In this document: positions 59,983 to 64,000 of the stretch, in pieces
Numbering within the stretch: the stretch's first letter is position 1
Layout of the letters: every line of letters starts with the position of its first letter
Source of the DNA: Octopus sinensis
Taxonomy: Eukaryota
NCBI RefSeq assembly: GCF_006345805.1
Contig: NW_021831041.1
Location: forward strand, 62,001 to 126,000
Length of the DNA stretch: 64,000 nt
Direction: 5' to 3'
Made by a program: the position numbers and the translations under genes
The notes under the pieces: generated by a model
Database searches by the model: none
What the model was told of the DNA's origin: nothing
Seen by the model: only the letters and a program-made list of their open reading frames with translations

Positions 59983-62900
59983 AAATGAGCCAATGTTATA
60001 AAAGAAAATATAAGTTAATTAAGGTTGTTTAAGAGCAGAAAGGATAGCGTGGCTATTACCCCTGACAACGGTTGTTGAAAGGCGTTGAAACAGCCATTCG
60101 GTCTCCCTTCTATCTTTCGTCCGAACAGAGATCAGGGATCCAAGTTTCCTAATAAAAGAGATTGATTCCGGACCGAAGACTCCAGATGACTCCACAATAA
60201 TCGGTTGCACTATGAACCTGTCCTTGAGCTCTGAATATTTTAATTTTTTAATTTTTTCGTAGTTCTGTATTCATATCAAAAAAAAATTGAAGTCAACACG
60301 TTGTTGTTGTTGTGGTGTAATTTTTTTCAATTTATCTGTTATTTTTCATATCTTTTGTATAATTTAATACATTATCGAGTTGTCTTAGTTGTTACTATTT
60401 CTTTCGTCGGTATTTCTGTTATCTTTCTTAATACTTCTTTCCTATTTTTACATGTCATCCCTTTTCCACGATCCATTACCATGTGGTAAATGCAGTAAAA
60501 TTAACTGCCGCAAAAACGGCATTTACTGCGCCAAATGCCATGCTTACTTCCATATTGGATGTCTCAAGATTTCGAAGAAATCCGTTTCCAGCATCCCAAT
60601 ATGGCACTGTAACTCTTGCCTGGCAGCTGCCTCATTCCACGACACACCCACATTGTTTGATAGTTCCCATGATCAATCTCCCAATATACTAACTTCATCG
60701 AACGCAATACTATCCTACCTATCAAGATATCGTCATTCGAGAAGCATCCCTATCCGTTTACCGAACCAGCTCGTCCAGCAGCTGCGGAGGCCTTGTCTCA
60801 TCTGATATCCAGAGCTATGTCCTCAAACAGGGACGAGGATTGGGCAAAAGCGTTCTGCTTCCCCTTTTTCGGACTTGGCCTGACCCGTGGAGATAAATTT
60901 ACCTCCCCTTTTCCATCGACACATTAATATCTCAGGAAAGCCACTCACTGTCAAAACCAAGACTAAAACAACGAAAACCTACGCAAGAGAGTACGTTCCA
61001 AGTTAATGTCGGGCGACTTCTCGGCCGCCTTGAGAATAATTCCTCAGACGATAAAGTTGCGAGGGTTGACGAACAAACATTACAGTCCCTCCTAGCAAAA
61101 CATCCCACTCCATCTTCTCCTACAACAGTACCAACACCAAGCCCAGATCATGATTTTGTGCATGTCGATAAAGACGAAGTGTTGAGAGCCCTGAAGTCTT
61201 TTCGCCCTAGTAGCAGCGGTGGAATCGATGGCCTCCGTCCAAGTCATATCATGGATCTGGTCTCCTCTTCAGCTTCCGCAGCCGGAGAACGTCTTTTGAC
61301 GGATATTTGTGGTCTAATGAACGCATTCCTCGAAGGGTCTCTGTCTGATTTCCCACGCTCCCTTTTTCTCTCGGGTAACCTGACCGCGCTGAATAAAAAG
61401 GACGGTGGAATCCGTCCCATATCCGTCGGTAATGTTTTCAGGAGACTGGCGGCTAAGATCGCTTGCGCCAGGTCTTCACATCTGTTTCCGAAAATTTTCC
61501 ATAACATACAGATGGGTGTCGGTGTTAAAGGTGGCTGCGAAGCCACTGTCCACGCCGTGAGGGATTTTACAGAGTTTTCACACTCTGCTTATAACGACTG
61601 TATTCTTGCTAAATTGGACATGAAAAATGCTTTTATTGCATCGACCGCTCATACTTCCTTAAAGAATGCAGCAAACATAACATTCCATTACTCCCGATGG
61701 CCAGCATGTGCTACGGTTGCACACCTGAACTAATGATAGACGGACCACGATCTTGTCCTCCTCTGGGGTCCAACAAGGTGACCCCTTGGTCCATTACTCT
61801 TCTCCATGGGCGTTAACCCAACAGCACACGCCGTAAAATCACCGCTCAACGTTTGGTATCTGGATGACATTACTATTGGTGGTCCTGCTCACCAAGTCAT
61901 CTTGGATATAGAATCAATCGCTGTAAGTCTGAACAAAATTGGATTACAGTTGAACCCTTCAAAATGTGAGATCATAACCTCAACGCCAACGAGGAAGATT
62001 TCGCGACTATAGTGGAAAAATATCACTCAATCTTACCGGGTGGTATTATAACCAGGAAAGGGTCGCTTGAAGTCTTAGGATCTCCCATTTTCTCGGAAGG
62101 AATCGAGAAAATACTGTCCGGAAAATTATCCACTTTTGAGCTCATGTCAAGCAGGCTATCCATCCTGGACGCTCACGAAGGGTTTTCTTGTTGAAAAACT
62201 TCATATCACTCCCCAAGCTACAACACGTTCTCCGCTCTGCCCCCTGCTTTATAAACCCTGAACTTCTCAAAGAACTGGAAACAGGGCTGAAACACAGTGC
62301 CGAAAATCTCTGCAACATTCGTTTTGACGAAGCCTCGTGGACCCAAGCCACGCTTCCAATACGATTCGGAGGCATTGGTCTCCGGTCCCCAGCAGATATT
62401 GCATTACCCGCTTTCCTCTCTTCTCGATTGTCGTGTGACTCACTGGTGGTTGCTGTTCTCCCCCTTTCCACTGAACGCAACGCATCCTCCTGGTATCAGA
62501 TGGCAATCGAAATTTGGTCGAACAAAGGCCTCAAGACACCTGCTAACTCATTCTCACAGAGATGTTGGGACGACCTGTATTCTATGTCAATTTACCACCA
62601 CTTGGAAGAGGTCTCTGATCAATCTCGTCTTGCATGCCTTAGAAGCGCTTCACAAAAACAATCCGGAGCGTGGCTCAATGCATGTCCTATCCCTTCAGTC
62701 GGAAACAAACTGGACGACGAGACATTGCGAATTGCAATCCCTTACGTCTTTGCATGAAGATCTGTCGCCAGCAACGCTGTAGTTGCGGGGCTTCCGTTGA
62801 CGAATTCGGACGGCACGCTCTCTCATGCAGACGCAGTGCAGGCCGGTTTCCAAGACATCACGCAATGAACCTAATTGTCAAGAACGCTTTGCATGCAGCT

Positions 62901-63143
62901 GGTTTCCCGGCACAGCTGGAGCCTCCTGGTCTCATCCGCACAGACGGAAAAAGACCTGATGGGATAACAATTTTCCCGTACACCAACGGGAAGTGCCTTG
63001 TTTGGGACTGCGCTTGCACCGACACCTACTCAGAGACAAACCTGATCGCCTCAGCCTCCTCTCCAGGATATGCTTCACAGAACTACGAAAAAATTAAAAT
63101 ATTCAGAGCTCAAGGACAGGTTCATAGTGCAACCGATTATTGT
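59983..63143. mobile_element. Near-full-length degenerate CRE-clade retrotransposon with 5' inversion: 3' end on minus (59983-60268); 5' UTR, PHD, RT and endonuclease start on plus (60269-63143)
   Basis: 11-bp direct repeats ggaaacataaa at 59972-59982 and 63144-63154. About 70 bp duplicated in inverted orientation (60191-60268 vs 63077-63146). PHD finger, GGIDGLRP, KLDMKNAF, GVQQGDP, WYLDD, KRPDG motifs, with frameshifts and stops. Confidence 0.9.
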
Positions 63144-63154
63144 GGAAACATAAA

Positions 63155-64000
63155 TATTTGCAAGAAAGAAATTAAAGATAGCTATGTTAATTAAGGGCCT
63201 CACGAGACACCCGACCAGCCTCGCGAATGGCGAAGCCGTTCCCTCGGATCACAGCAATCGACAGACGTTCCAGGAGCCAAGAAAACTCTCTTGGATCGTG
63301 ACTAGTCCTTGAAATCCGTCGACCGAGCGAGCGAAGGAAGCGGAGTGTCTTGGGACCGAAGATCCCGGAGGACTCGACGGCAATTGGAGTAAAGAGCAGC
63401 GAGTTGGAGAGGTGGCCGTACTTGAGAATCTTTCGCTCCTCGGCCTGCCTCGAAGCGTGCCCAGGATTGGCGGCGGACAGAGCGAGATTTCCCAGCGAGA
63501 ACGTGTCCGAACAGGTAGAATCCCAAATAAGCGATTTCCCCTGCTCGTAGGGGAAGGTGGACATGCCGTCAGGGCGTTTGCCATCCCCTCTATCCAATCC
63601 AACAGGTTCAAGGATTGACGGGATGCCTGCTGAAGCGAGGGCTTTCTGTATGACTGAGTTGAGTTCACTGTGACGGGGGGCACGACCGGCACTCCGCCGG
63701 CAAGCGAGGGGATGCAAACCGTACTCGTCAACAGTTCCCCCACAACGGCATTTGTGCGTCTGGCAGATTTTCAGCCCGACACGGAGGGAGATTGCAATTC
63801 TTAGGCATTCCTTGTCCAACAGGTTCCCGATGGAAGGGAGAGCCTTTAACCAGACACCGCTGCCTTCACAGCGACCTGCACGGAGGCAAGCGACACGGTG
63901 TTGATTGGAGACAGGAAGCAGGCCTTCGAAGATTGCCTGACAAGAGATTTCGTCCCATTGACGCTGTACAGATTGAGAGTTGGGCAGCTTCGAACCAAAC
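63155..64000 (-). mobile_element. CRE-clade retrotransposon 3' part with an open frame running off the window edge; its 3' tail continues at 59959-59971
   Basis: Open frame from 64000 to the stop at 63187 (SGVWL, CRCG...HPLAC, KRPDG, IWDSTCSDT, AVESSG, RGN). The 3' UTR joins through the TSD to a poly(A) run (T run at 59959-59970 on plus). Confidence 0.9.

Noticed and set aside
1-64000. CRISPR arrays, rRNA, snRNA, spliced-leader RNA genes, telomeric repeats, prokaryotic or viral genes
   Set aside because: None recognised by eye. The repeats present are coding, transposon-derived or paralogous.

Overview
A gene-dense eukaryotic (animal) window with about 25 protein-coding genes. The ORF track is fragmented because almost every gene is cut by ultra-short spliceosomal introns of about 21-32 nt; removing them restores conserved proteins. 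Genes in order: NHERF-like PDZ, RAD51, MICOS10, short SURF6, GLIPR1-like CAP, a ~12 kb SEC14-spectrin-Ig giant protein, PSMA2, VAMP, BBS1, INO80C, CEP162-like, sigma-1-receptor-like, SAM-PDZ CNK-like, TTC39, mitochondrial MetRS, myosin II heavy chain, ADAM10, ARNT, tropomyosin-like, SWEET, MFHAS1-like Roco, Rab GDI, BRD7/9. There are also decayed copies of an orphan micro-exon gene. Mobile DNA: four different CRE-clade non-LTR retrotransposon copies, hAT remnants and decayed LINE RT fragments. Ciliary genes plus 21-28 nt introns recall dicyemid mesozoans, but the species cannot be fixed from sequence alone. Most striking signals: (1) a C-rich to G-rich skew switch inside genes that resets at AT-rich spacers; (2) a CRE copy with twin-priming-like 5' inversion and an 11-bp TSD; (3) an intact RT fragment that can splice in frame onto CEP162; (4) frequent GC donors and two apparent non-AG acceptors; (5) operon-like spacing and a YGYGG motif before start codons. 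All gene models were parsed by eye and family calls are from recalled motifs, not database searches. A few 1-nt indels may be assembly errors.
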